Origin: the human T2T-CHM13v2.0 reference genome, Homo sapiens
Assembly: GCF_009914755.1 (NCBI RefSeq)
Contig: NC_060938.1
Reading direction: 5' to 3' (one strand)
Length of the DNA stretch: 64,000 nt
The number at the start of each line of letters is the position of its first letter. The first letter of the stretch is position 1. The position numbers were made by a program, and so were the translations under genes. The notes beneath the pieces were generated by a model, which saw nothing but the letters and a program-made list of their open reading frames with translations, did not search any database and was not told the origin of the DNA. Below, one piece after another: positions 49,764 through 64,000 of this stretch.

Positions 49764-50425
49764 ATTTTGCATCTTCTCTTTTATTGCAGGATTTTTAAGA
49801 ACTTACTTTTGAAATGCTGCAGAGCTGTGGTGCTGCAGAAAATGGATATTCAGCATAGTGAGACTTAACTTTCAATATGAATTTGATTGAAATCAGATGG
49901 GAAAACATTCTGGATCATTCTTCCTTCTCCTCTTGTCTGCTGGATATTATCTCTATAAATAAAAATAACCCCTGCAAAATGATAATTTGCATAATGATTT
50001 TCTTATTGCTTTTTGTAGGAGAAAAAAAAATAACAAGAAAATGACCATGGAAAGTAACAACAACTGAAAACGGATAAAATGAAGATGTGTGAAAGAGCAC
50101 AAGAGTGCAAAACCAAAAGTATACAAGGAGTGTTTATGCAGTAACCACTTTAGAATGCCTTTCCTCATGTTTGAAGACTTCTAAACTAGGGCAAGGACAG
50201 ATCCCAGCAACTACTGGAAGCATAATAAAGGAGAAGAATGAGGCATTTTCTTCTCTCATATACAGATTATATGTAATTAGGATGCTAAGGATAATTTTGT
50301 AACATAAAAACGGAGATGCTAAGGAGAATGGTTTCACCCTAGTTTATAGAAGGAGGGTATACTATGGTCTATCAAAGACTGAAAATTGTCCTCTGCTAAT
50401 AAAGTCTCAAATCAGGGCAATTGGA

Positions 50426-50661
50426 TTTCTTTCTTTTTTTTTTTTTTATTATACTTTAAGTTTTAGGGTACATGTGCACAACGTGAAGGTTTGTTACATA
50501 TGTATACATGTTCCATGTTGGTGTGCTGCACCCATTAACTCATCATTTACATTAGGTATATCTCCTAATGCTATCCCTCCCCACTCTCCCAGCCCCACAA
50601 CAGGTCCTGGTGTGTGATGTTCTCCTTCCTGTGTCCATGTGTTCAATTCCCACCTATGAGT
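50426..50661 (-). mobile_element. Short L1PA (PA3-5-like) 3' end
   Basis: poly-T then ATTATACTTTAAGTTTTAGGGTACATG...CCCACCTATGAGT. Confidence 0.9.
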
Positions 50662-50874
50662 TGAGTTAGAGTTACTAGTCTCAAATAAATGCTTGGTAAT
50701 GCCATACAATCTAAACATGTTGTCACTGTCAACTCACTATCTCATATTCTGCAATGATACCCTTCTATATTCTGAAATTCCTTCCCCATTCTCAGCAGAT
50801 AGCCTCAGATCATATATCATACACACAATTGAACATATCACATAGAAATTTCATCAGCTCACTGCCTCCAATCC

Positions 50875-53800
50875 AATGAACCTAACATCTACTAACATCA
50901 ACACCATCCAGGAAACCATGACCTCACCAGATGAACTAAATAAGGCACCAGGGAAAAATACCAGTGAAACAGAGACATGTGACCTTTCAGACAGATAATT
51001 CAAAATAGCTGTGTTGAGGAAACTCGAATTCAAGATGATACAGAGAAGGAATTCAGAATTAGATAAATTTAACAAAGAGATTGAAATAATTAAGAATCAA
51101 GCAGAAATTCTGGAGCTGAAAAACGCAACTGGCGTATTGAGAAATGCACCAGAGTCTCTTAATAGCAGAACTGATCAAGCAGAAGAATGAATTAGTGATG
51201 TTGAAGACAGACTATTGGAAATGCACAGTCAGAAGAGAAAAAAGAAAAAACAATGAAGCACGCCTACAGGATCTAAAAAATAGCCCCCAAAGGGCAAATC
51301 TAAGAGTTACTGGCCTTAAAGAGGGGGGGCTCAACACCCAAGTACAAAAAGGTTAGAGAACACCAAGTAGATTTAATCCAAAGAAGACTACCTTGAATCG
51401 TTTAACAATTAAACTCCCAAAGGTCAAGGATAAAGAAAGGATACTAAAAGAACCAAGAGAAAAGAAACAAGTAACATACACTAGAGCTCCAGTACACCTG
51501 GTAGCAGACTTTTCAGTGGAAACCTTACACACCAGGAAAGTGACATGGCATATTTAAAGTGCTAAAGGGTGGAAAAAAAGCCTTTTACCCTGGAATATAT
51601 CTGACAAAAATATCTCTCAAACATGAAGGAGAAAATAAAGACTTTCCCAAACAAAAACTGAAGGATTTCATTAATACCAGATCTGTCCTATAAGAAATGC
51701 TAAAGGGAGTACTTCAATCAGAAAGAAAAAGCCATTAATGAGTAATAAATAATCACCTGAGGTACAAAACTCGTAAGTATACAGAAAAACACAGAATATT
51801 CTAACATTGTAACTGTGGTGTGTCAACTACTCTTATCCTAAGTAGAATGACTAAACGATGAATGAATCAAAAATTATAATGACAACAAATTTTCAAGACA
51901 TAGTCAGTACAATAAGACATAAATAGAAACAACAAAAAGTTAAAAAGTAGGGGGACCAAGTTATGGCATAGAGTTTTTATTAGTTTTCTTTTTGCTTGTT
52001 TATTTATGCAAGTAGTGTTAAGTTGTTAACAGGTTAAAATAATGGGTTAAAAGATAGTATTTGAAAGCCTTATGGTAACTTCAAACCAAAAAACATACAA
52101 TGGCTACACAAAAAAATAAAAAGCAAGAAACTCTCATATCACCAGAGAAAATCACCTTCACTAGAGGAAGACAGGAAGGCAAGAAAGAAAAGACCACAAA
52201 GCAACCAGAAAACAAATAACAAAATGGCAAGTGTAAGTCCTTACTTGTTGATAATAACACTGAAGTAAATGGACCAAATTCTCCAATCAAAAGACATAGA
52301 CTGGCTGAGTGGCTGAAAAAACAATACTCATTGACCTTTTGCCTATGAGAAACACATTCAACCTATAAAGACACCCATAGGCTAAAAATAAAGGGCTAGA
52401 AAAAGATATTCCATTCCAATGGAAACCAAAAAAGAGCAGGATCACTATACTTATATAAGACAAAATAGATTTCAAGACATAAACTGTAAGACAAGAAGTT
52501 CACTACATAATGACACAAGGGTCAATTTAGCAAGAGGATATGACAATTTTAAATATATATGTACCCAGATATATTAAGGAAATATTACTAGAGCTAAAGA
52601 GAGAAACAGGCCCCAATACCATAATAGCTGGAGACTTCAACAACTTACTTTCAGCATTAAACAGATCTTCCAGACCAAAAATCAACAAAGAAACAGACTT
52701 AATCTGCACTATAGACTAAATGGATATAATAGATATTTATAGAACATTTGATCCAAGAGCTTCAGAATACTCCTTTTCCTCAGCACATGGATCGTTCTCA
52801 AGGATAGATCATATATTAACTCACAAAACAAATCTTAAAACATTCAAAAAAGTTTGCATTATCAAGTATCTCCTCTGACCACAATGGAATAAAAATTAAT
52901 AACAAGAGTAATTTTGGAAACTATAATACATTGAAATTAAACAATGTGCACATGAATGGCCGGTGGGTCAATGAAGACATTGAGAAGGAAATAGAAAAAT
53001 TTTGTGAAACAAATGATAATGGAAACACAACATCCCAAAATCTGTGGGATACAGCAAAAGCGGTACTCAGAGCGAAGTTTTTAGCTTTAAGTGCCTAAAT
53101 CAAAAAAAGAGGAAAAACTTCAAATGAACAATCTAACAATCCATCTTAAAGAATTAGAAAAGCAAAAGCAACCCAAACCCAAAATTAATAGAAGGAAAAA
53201 AATAATGAAGATCAGAGCAGAAATAAATGTTGAAATAAAAAAATACAAAAGATAAGTGAAACAAAGTCAGTTTTTTGAAAAGTTAAGCAAAACTGACAAA
53301 ACTTTAGCCAGACTAACTTTGGAAAAAACAGAGTAGATACAAATAAAATCAGAAATGAAGAAGGAGACATTACAACTGCTACTGCAGAAATTCAAAGAGC
53401 CATTACTGGCTACTATAAGCAACTGTAGGCCAATAAATTGGAAAATCTAGAAGAAACGGACAAATTTCTAGTCATACAACCTACTAAGATTGAGCTGGGA
53501 AAAAATTCAAAACCTGAACAGACCGATAACAAGTAATGAGATTGAACCCATAATAAAAAGTCTCCCAGTAAAGAAAAGCCCAGGACCCAAAGGCTTCACT
53601 GCTTAATTATATCAAACATTTAAAGAACTACTATCAATTCTACTCAAGCTATTCTGAAGAACAGAGGAGGAAAGAATACTTCTAAACTTATTCTATGAGG
53701 CCAGTATTACCCTGATACCAAAATCGGACAAAGACAAATCGAAAAGAACTACAGGCCAATATATCAGATGAATATTGATGCAACAATCCTCAACAAAATA

Positions 53801-56330
53801 CTGGCAAACTGAATTCAACAATAGATTAGAAAGATCACTCATTATAACCGAGTGTGATTTATCCCTGAGATGTGAGGATGGCTCAACATATGCAAATCTA
53901 TCAATGTGACACATCATATTAACAGAATGGAAGATAAAAACCATATGATTATTTCAATTTTTGCTGAAAAAGCATTTGATAAAATTCAACATCCCTTTAT
54001 GATAAAAACCCCCAAAAAACTAGGGATAGAAGGAACATAACTCAGCATAATAAAAGCCATATATGACAGACCCAGAGCTAGTATCATAGTGAATGAGGAA
54101 AAACTCAAAACCTTTCCTCTAAGATCTGGAACATGACAAGGATGTCCACTGTCACCACTGTTATTCAATACTGTATTGGAAGTCCTAGCTACAGCAATCA
54201 GATAAGAGGAAGATATAAAGGGCATCCAAATTGGAAAGGAAGAAGTCAAATTATCCTTGTTTGTAGATACTATGATCTTATATTTGGAAAAACCTAAAGA
54301 CTGCACAAGAAAACTATTAGAACTGATAAGCAAATTCAGTAAAGTTGCAGGATACAAAATCAGCATTCAAAATCAGTAGCATTTCTATACGCCGACAGTG
54401 AACAGTGTGAAAAAGAAAAAAAAGTAATCCCATTTACAATAGCCACACATAAAATTAATTACCTGGGAATTAACCAAAGAAGTAAAAGATCTCTATAATA
54501 AAAACTATAAAACATTGATGAAAGAAATTAACAAGGACACAAAGAAATGGAAATATATTCCATGTTCATGGATTGGAAGACATAATATTTTTAAATTGCC
54601 CATACTACACAAAGCAATCTACAGATTCAATGCAATCTCTATGAAAACACCAGTGATATTCTTCACAGAAACAGAACAATCCTAAAATTTATATGGAACC
54701 ACATAAGACCCAGAATGGCCAAACCTATCCTAAGCAAAAAGAACAAAACTGGAAGAATCACATTACCTGATTTCAAATTATACTACAGAGCTGTAGTAGC
54801 CAAAACAGTGTGATATTGGCATAAAAACAGATGTATAGATAAATAGAACATAATGGAGAACCCAGAAACTAATCCACTCACCTAGAGTGAACTCATTTTT
54901 TGACAAAGTTACCAAGAACATACACTGGGCAAAAGACAGTCTCTTCAACAAGTGATGTTGGGAAAATTTGATATCCACATGCAGAAAAATGAAATTATAC
55001 CACCATCTCTTGCAATATGTGAAAATCAAATCAAAATAACAAATCTAAGACCTCAAACTATGAAAACACTACAAGAAAACACTGAGGAAAATCTCCAGGA
55101 CATTAATCCGGGCAAAAATTTATTGAGCAATACCCCACAAGCACAGGCAACCAAAACAAACAAACAACAATGGGCAAATGGGATCACATCAAGTTAAAAA
55201 GCTTCTACAAAGCAAAGGATACAATCAACAGAGTAAAGAGACAACTCACACAATGGGAGAAAATATTTGCAAACTACCCATGGGGATTAAACCAGAATAT
55301 ATAAGGAGCTCAAACAACTCTGTGGGAAAAAAAATCTAATAATCTGATCAAAAAAGGGGCAAAAGGTTTCAAAAGATATTTCTCACAACGACATACAAAT
55401 GGCAAACAGGCACATGAAAAGGTGCTTAACATCATTGATCAGAGAAATGCAAATCAAAAATACAATGAAATATCATCTCACCTCAGTTAAAATGGCTTAT
55501 ATCCAAAGACAGGCAATAACAAGTGCTGGTGAGGATGCAGAGAAAAGGGAACCCTTGTATGCTGTTAGTGGGAATGTATATTAGTACAACCAATATGGAG
55601 GATAGTTTAGAGGTTCCTTAAAAACTAAAAATTGAGCTACCATATAATCTACCAATCCCCTGATGGGTATATACACAAAAGAAAGGAAATCAGTATATCA
55701 GAGATATCTGCACTCCTATGTTTGTTGCAGCACTGTCACAGCTAAGATTTGAAAGCAACCTAAGGGTCCATCAGCAAATGAATGGATAAAAAAATGTGGT
55801 ACACATACACGGTGAGTGTACATACACACTATTCAGCCATAAAAAAGAATGGAATCCAGTCATTTGCAACAATATGGATGGAACTGGAGATCATTATGTT
55901 AAGTGAAATAAGCCAGGCACAGAAAGACAAACCACATATTCTTACTTACTTCTGGGATCTAATAATCAAAACAATTGAATTCATGAACACGAGAGTAGAA
56001 GGATGGTTACTGGGGGCTAGTAAGGGTGGGTTGGGGGGCTTGGAGGGAGGTGGGGATGGTTAATGGATACCAAAAAGTAGAATGAATAAGACCTACTATT
56101 TGATAGCACAATAGGTTGACTATTATCAATAATAACTTAATTATACATTTAAAAATAACTAAGAGTGTAATCGGATTATAACTCAAAGGATAAATACTTG
56201 AGAAGATGAATACCCCATTTTCCATGATGTGCTTATTTCATATCGCATTCCTTTATTAGAACATGTCACTTAACTTGTAAATTATATACATTTACTATGT
56301 ACCCACAAAAATTAAAAATATTTTAAAAAG
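50875..56330 (+). mobile_element. L1MA1/2-like element lacking the 5' UTR (degenerate ORF1, ORF2, 3' UTR), inserted in an L2
   Basis: CCATCCAGGAAACCATGACCTCACCA ORF1 start; ORF2 remnants; end TGTACCCACAAAAATTAAAAAT. Confidence 0.88.
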
Positions 56331-56439
56331 AAACCATTAAAAACCCAGCAAACTTACCTATATCTGTACTCATCTTTTTCCTCTTTCCTATTTCATCAGA
56401 GAAGTCATAACATCTAAATCTAGTTTTTCCCAGTATATG

Positions 56440-57128
56440 AGGAATGTGCCTCAACACAATAAAGGCTTTATATGACAAACTCACAGCAAACATTATTCAA
56501 CAGGAAAAACTTGACAGCTTTTTTATTTAAAATGAGGAACGACATAAAGATGGCTTCTCTTACCACTTCTATTCAGCATAGTACTGTAAGTCCTAGGCAG
56601 AGCTATTAGGCAAGAAAAAAAATAAAAGGTATTGGAATTAGAAAGAAATTGTGTTTTTCAGATAACATGATCTTATATTAAAAAAAAAACTCGAGAGACT
56701 CCACCCAAAAACTGTTAGAATAAATTCAGTAAAGTTGCAGGATACAAAATCAGTATACAAAAATGTAAGTAGCATCTCCATACACTGACAATCTGAAAAA
56801 GAAATTGAGAATACAATCTCATTTTTAATAGCCACAAAAATAATAAAATACTTAGGGATAAATTTAAACAAGAAGGTAAAAGGCCTATATACTGAAAACT
56901 GTAAAATACTGATGAAAGAAATTGAAGACACAAAGATTTCCCATGTTTATGGACTGAAAGAATACTATTTAAATATCCATACTACAAAAGTGATCTATAG
57001 ATTTAATGCAATACCTAGTAATAATTAGCTTAACTTAGCCATTCTACAATGTATACGTATTTCAAAACATCATTTTGTACGTGATAAATATGTATTTTAT
57101 TTCTATTAAAAATAAATAAATAGAAAAA
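56440..57128 (+). mobile_element. L1M ORF2 RT fragment joined to an L1MA/MB-type 3' end
   Basis: TTCAGTAAAGTTGCAGGATACAAAATC; CCATTCTACAATGTATAC...AAAATAAATAAA. Confidence 0.7.
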
Positions 57129-57129
57129 A

Positions 57130-58100
57130 GTAAATGTAGTTCTTCCACTGATGCTTTTGTTCGGACTCTTCCTGGTTTTTCAGGAACTGCATCCTACTGT
57201 CCTTTCTTTGTGATATTGATTCTTCCTAGAACACGTTCAAGTCTCACAGATGAACCTTCCTTCGAACCCTCCTCTTATTGCCCCTTTTATCTTCTCCCCT
57301 TCACAGACTCTTTTCTGGCCCATTTTCTTATTTTCTACTCATTCCTCAATGTACACCCCACCCTCCAATCGATCCACCAAAGCAGTTCTTTCAAAGGTTA
57401 CAGATGGCCTCCATAACTTTAAGGACCAGTTTAAGAATGTTTCCAAATCCATTCCACTTGGCTCCTTCCACTGACCCCTAGTCCTGGCCATCATCATCGC
57501 TTGCTGGAATTATTTTAAGAGCCTATCAACTGGTCTTTTTCAGTCTGACACTGTCCATCACAATTCATTTCTGGAATTACGATAGGTATAATCTTTTCAA
57601 GACAGAAACCAAAACATTCCTTACCCGCCCATTGATCCCAGGACAAATACCCAAATTCTTAGCAAGGACAAAATGGTTTGTTGGTATGGTCCACTGGCTG
57701 CCTCTCCAGACTTGTACCAGAATTTTTTTCGTTTTTGGCTTTTTAAAAAATCTCTTTTCTCCAGCCCATCTGGTCGTTTTTCAGTTTCTCCTGCTACAGA
57801 GGCTTAATATGTTTGCCTCAAACTTCCTGCTCACCAGCCCTTTTCTCATTAATTCCTACCTATCCTTCAGATTTCGCCTCTAGTCACTTACTACCACAAT
57901 CGAGATCAGCTTTCGTGTAATATGTCCTCACAGAATCATGTTCTTTTTTTCGGACAATCCCAGTTTGTAATTATTAGTGAGGTTTTTAAAATATTCATCT
58001 TCCTCAGTCTCCCCGTAAGCTTCATGAAAGTATAGATTGGGCTTCTTTTTACTCACAATTGTGTCTCCACCATGTATTCCTATATCCTATGCCTTAATTT
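57130..58100 (+). mobile_element. L2 fragment
   Basis: Pyrimidine-rich; CCATCATCATCGCTTGCTGGA, CCTACCTATCCTTCAGAT. Confidence 0.6.
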
Positions 58101-59675
58101 ATCAATTTTTAAAAAATAGAACTCTAAGATACTCATTATCTTCTTTTATTCTCCCACTTTAAAGTTGGATCTCTGGTTGAATCCACCATGGAGGTGCCAG
58201 AGGATAGAGAGTAGGCTAAAAGAGATAAAGTAATATGGAGCTTATAACCTGTTTTCAAGTTTTCTGGGTTGTACTTGGGCTAAGATTAGTGGTCTCTGAC
58301 TCCTCTGTATTGTGCTGAGAACCTAAGAATCTATGACTTTCAGGGGGATGAGTTATAGAACAATTACACTGGTCACTCTTTCATGCGATTTCTCCATTGA
58401 GTAACCTATGTCACAATATTCAGACTCCCCATCCTTGACTGCAATGTCTTTTGGAACTGTAGTTTATATACCCAATGGAGAAGCAGCCCTCCATTGCCAG
58501 CTGCTAATCTTTGTTTACCTTGCCTCATATGTTATCCCTTCCTTCCCATTGTGCTCCATGTCCTCTCTTCCATAAGACAGTACCCTTCTGGTGTAAATAA
58601 TTCTAGAGAGGTTAGGTGTGATAAGATCATGCCTTTTATTTCTTACAACTGGACTTCTCCATGGACCCATTTAACATCATACATGAGGGAGAGAAACACA
58701 CACACACACAAAATAAAAAATTTTTAAATATAATTTCCAATGTATTTTTCTGGGTAGATTTAGATTTAGATTTACGTGTATTTATGTATAGCTCTCTAAA
58801 TGTGCTTTGTTGCTCTTCCGTATAAATTATTTGTGTATCAGGTTTCTACAACACATACCCTGCCTTACAGCAAACACACATAAATATTGATTGACATCTC
58901 TAGAAAACTTTTATCACTGTCAGCAACAGATTTAGGTTTCCCTGAATACAGAAACATCACTTAAACCAAATTTTTGCTTTGCAATCTATACTAATATATA
59001 CAGCATATGCCATTATGTTGTATACCCAAAGAGATGCTCAGAAGGTTGTATTCATAAAGTGAGTTAGTATAAAACAAGAAATTCTGCCTCCTACAAAACA
59101 ATTTATCTTTCCTCTTTTCTCACTCTTCAGTTGAGGAGATGACTATGAACTTCTGAAAGCTTGTTAATGTATTACTTATGAAAGAAGCTTTAAAAAAGTT
59201 GCTTGATGTATCTTTTGGAGTCGGGAAGTGCATGTCCTTACATCAAAGAAATAAAGCAATGAATAGAAATCTTGTCCACAAGCACAAGGAGATAATGTCA
59301 TTATCAATTGAAAGATTCCATTTTCCTGGAAAATTACAAATGTACCTTTCCCAAATTACTGATCCAATGATGCATTAGATAAAAACTATTTTTATTTGAT
59401 CATAAATTCAAGTATTCAGTATAATGTAGAAACTCAAAAGGTATTACTCTACTAAGTTACTGTTTATTGTGTGATATATATGCACTGAGAATAATTATAA
59501 ATAAAAGTTCTGTATATAAATAAAATTTTCTAGACTACTGAATTTACTCCCTTTTGTAAACTTCTTCAAAACAGTGAATTTTAAAAGCTGGTCAAGCAGA
59601 AGTTAATTTTTGGTCAAACTTATAGAAAAGTATTTTTCTGAACCAATGATATTATGCTTATGGAAATAAAAGGTG

Positions 59676-59935
59676 TTTTTTTTTTTTTTAGACAGAGTCT
59701 CGCTCTGTCGCCTGCAAGCTCCACCTCTCGGGTTCATGCCATTCTCCTGCCTCAGCCTCCCGAATAGCTGGGACTACAGGCGCCCGCCACCACGCCCGGC
59801 TAATTTTTTGTATTTTTATTAGAGACAGGGTTTCATCATGTTAGCCAGGATGGTCTCAATCTCCTGACCTCGTGATCTGCCCACCTCTGCCTCCCAAAGT
59901 GCTGGGATTGCAGGTGTTAGCCACTGCGCCCGGCC
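59676..59935 (-). mobile_element. AluY-like element with an internal deletion of about 33 bp
   Basis: TSD GAAATAAAAGGT at 59663-59674 and 59937-59948; CTGTCGCC joined directly to TGCAAGCTCC. Confidence 0.92.
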
Positions 59936-60682
59936 AGAAATAAAAGGTTTTACCTAGTGGTATAAAAACATGCAGATGAGGTTAAATGCTTTATAGCATC
60001 TTTTTACACTGGCTCACCTATCTTGGCTGCCTGGTTGCACAAGTATCCTTTTGAGTCATCCAGTGGGGCAGTATTGTCAACCACCTTAATATTTCCCAAT
60101 ATCAGAGAAATTTATTCCCTAATAGATGTTCTAACAATTCCCTCAAAACTTAGCTCTTCTTTTATAATGCAGTTACACTGTCTATCTAATAAAGCTTGAT
60201 CAATACTATTTCTTCAATTACTAAAGTGTTCAGATATAAAGTTTAATATTACAGTGAAAACCATATACCCAACATCTAGATTCTAAAATGAACATTATCT
60301 ATTATAGTTTATTTATTACATATCTGTATGTATCCTGCTATCAATACATAAATCCACCTAACTTTTGAGGTTTCAAAGTACAAGGATTGGTATAGTTACT
60401 CCATAATACTTTGATGTGCATACATGAAGTCCCATCTTCGTTTTTTCTTTTCAGATACATTTTACATACAATGAGATGAATGTTTTTAAAATGTACCATT
60501 CTATAAGTTTTGGAAAGAGAATTTATCTGACTTTTATCCCTCTTAAGATAAAGAATGGCCTAGAAAGTTTCATGCCCCTTCTCAGTCAATCCTACTTCTC
60601 AGAGACAAGTTCTATCCTAGTTTTCAACAATTATTAGTTTTGCCTGTCCTAGAAATTTACATAAATCGAATCACACAGGATA

Positions 60683-61031
60683 TAATAGTCCCCTATTATC
60701 CATGGGAGATACATTCCAAGACCTCCAGTGACTGCTTCAAACCACAAATAGCACCAAACCACATATATGCTATGTTTTTCCATCTGACAACCTAGACAGG
60801 CACTAAGTGATTAACAGATGGAGGGCATGTACAACGTGGGTATACTGGACAAAGGGACGGATTCATGTCCCATGTGGGAGAAAGTGGAGTGGCAGGACAT
60901 TGCAACATGCTACTCAGAACAGAACACTATGAAAAGTGTTTATTTCTGTAACTTTTTATTATTTTTAGATTGTGGTTGACCACAGGTAACAAACTACAGA
61001 AAGCAAAGCCATGAATAAGGAGAGGCTTCTG
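60683..61031 (-). mobile_element. MER44-like (Tigger7 group) MITE
   Basis: TIR-like ends TAGTCCCCTATTATCC / GAATAAGGAGAGGCTTCTG|TA; CTGGACAAAGGGA..GATTCATGTCCC. Confidence 0.8.
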
Positions 61032-61645
61032 TATGCTCTTTTGTGTAATGCCTCTCTACTCAACATACTATTTTTGAGATTCATCCATATAGTTGTACAA
61101 GTCAATAGTTTCTTTCTTTTATTGCTAAGTAGTAGCTCATTGAATGAACATATCGGTTTATCTATCGCCTACTGATATACACTTGGACTCTTTCCAGTAT
61201 TTGGCTCTATGATAAAGTACCATAAGTGTTCCTATAGAATTTGTTTTTCTTTCAATTATTCTAGTAAGTATGCAGTAGTATCTCATTGTGATTTTAATTT
61301 TCTCCGATGTGAACTAATGTTGAACTTCTGTTCATGTACATACTTTTACTGAAGTGCTTTTCTAAAATGTTGCCAGTTTTTTGTTTTTGATATTGAATTG
61401 TAAGAGTTCTTTACATAACTTGCATACCAGTACATTTAGATATATGTTGCATAAATATACTCTCCCAGTCTGTGGCCTGCCTATATATTTTCTTAATGAT
61501 GAATTTTGATGATCAGAAATTTTACATTTTGACAAGTTCCATTTATCATTTTTTATTGTGCTTCTAATGTCACATTTGCAAACTTTTGGATGTACCCTAG
61601 GTCACAAAGATATTCTCTTATGGTTTCTTCTAAGAAAATTATACA

Positions 61646-61945
<300 letters not shown>

Positions 61946-63471
61946 TTAGAGCTAAGATCCATTATCAGTCAATTTTTATATAAGGTATGAGATTTATATT
62001 CAGGTTGATTTTCTTGCACATGGGTATCTAATTGTTCCAACACTGTGTGCTGAAAAAAACACATTCTTTCTCCACTGACTTTCTTCTGTAACTTTGTTAA
62101 AAATTGATCATATTTGTAAGGGTCTATTTTTGGACTCTCCATTGTTCCAAGATTTATGTGTCTGCATTTTTATATCATCATGACTTGAGTGTTATAGGTT
62201 TATGGTAAGTCTTAAAAAGAAAACACCGTCATTCCTACAACTCTCTTCTTTTTCAATATTGATTTAGCTATTTTAGTTTCTTTGCCCTTCCATTTAAACA
62301 TTAGAATCAGCTTATTTATAGCTACAAAAAAATCCTATTGGGATTTCAATTAGAATTGCATTAAATATATAGTTAATTTGGAGAGAATTAACAGATTTAA
62401 ATGCTGAGTCATCCAATCTATAAACTCAGTGTTAGTCACCATTTATTTCAGTCTACTTTGAGTTTTCAGCATGTACATCTTGTACTTTATGTATTTTGTA
62501 CTTGTTTTATGTATCTCTACATATTATATATCAGAGACTATCGTAGATGGTATTGTTTTTAACTTTAATTTGTAATTGTTCACAACTAATGTATAGAAAT
62601 ATGATTGTTTTGTATGTTGACCTTGCATCGTTTGACCTTGCTAAATCACTTGTAAGTTCTAGGAGATTCTTTACAGACTATCACAGTCTAACATAGGCTA
62701 TCATATAATCTACAAATCAGAGCATTGTTTATTTCTTCCTTTACATTCCATATGCCTTTTGTTTCCATTTCTTGCTTTATTGTGCTGGCTAAGGCTTCCA
62801 GTACCATGTTGAATAGAAGTGGAAAGAGTGGTCATTCTTGCCTTGTACCTGATTTTATGGGTAAAGTAGTCTGCCACCATCAAATATTATGTTAGATGTA
62901 GGATTTTTATTATGCTTTTTATCAGTTTGAGGAATTTCCCTTCTCAGTTTGTTGAGTTTTTACCATAAATATTTAAATATTTCTCTACATCTAGTAGTAA
63001 GTCTATCCTTCTTTAGACTATTAAGATGTACATTAATTGAAATTTGAATATTGAGCCAGTTTTGCATTCCTGGAATAAATATCAAAATTTGTTTTTTTAG
63101 ATTTTATTACTAGATTATATTTGCTAAAATTTTGTGGAGGATTTTTGTAACTATGTGTATGAGAAATACTGGATTGTTGTTTTCATTTTATTTTACTTTC
63201 TCTGTTTTTGGTATTAGAGTAATGTTGGCTTCATAAAATTGGTTGGCAGAATGCTCTTCTGTGTTCTGCAAAAGTCTGTGTAGAGTTGAAATTGTTTAAA
63301 TGTTGGTAAAATGTACCAGTGAAACCATCTAGGCCTGGTGGTTTCTTTTGTGAAAGGATTTTGACTTCTAATTGACTTCTGACTTCTTTTGCCCTAATTT
63401 AAATAGCTATAGGATTACACAGATCATCTACTTAGTTTTGGAAGTTTGCAGTTATCAAGGAATTGGTCTAA

Positions 63472-63788
<317 letters not shown>

Positions 63789-64000
63789 AAGGAATTGGTC
63801 TAATTTATTGAAGTTTCAGATTTATGTGTGTAGAATATTTCTTAGTATTTATCCATCAACTCTCTATGGAAAGTGTAGTTATACCTCTTATTTCTTTTCT
63901 GATAGTAGAAATTTGTATCTGGTCTCCTTTTCTTGTCAGTTTTCTAAGAAGTTTATTAATTTTATTAATTTTTTGAAAGAACCAGCTTTGGTTTGACTGA

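Overview
Human genomic DNA, AT-rich and mostly filled with interspersed repeats; no cellular protein-coding gene can be recognised. The species call rests on human-specific L1HS pre-Ta diagnostic bases. The main features are: a full-length pre-Ta L1HS (12862-18890) with a 14-bp TSD, intact ORF1 and a triply disrupted ORF2; two L1PA5-like copies, one with a twin-priming 5' inversion; two large L1MA elements; older L1M, L2 and MIR fragments; six Alus; several MaLR LTRs; and three Tigger-type MITEs. The most notable oddities are a ~60-bp-arm hairpin made by local inverted duplication inside an L2 (45182-45322) with G-U-compatible mismatches on the + strand, an AluSc with an inverted 5' half, the same ORF2 TTA>TGA nonsense change in three separate L1 copies, and a few strong splice-site pairs that suggest a possible spliced non-coding host transcript. 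Subfamily calls come from remembered consensus sequences and boundaries of old repeats are approximate. Nothing here demonstrates a new biological system; the hairpin and the exon candidates are the best leads.
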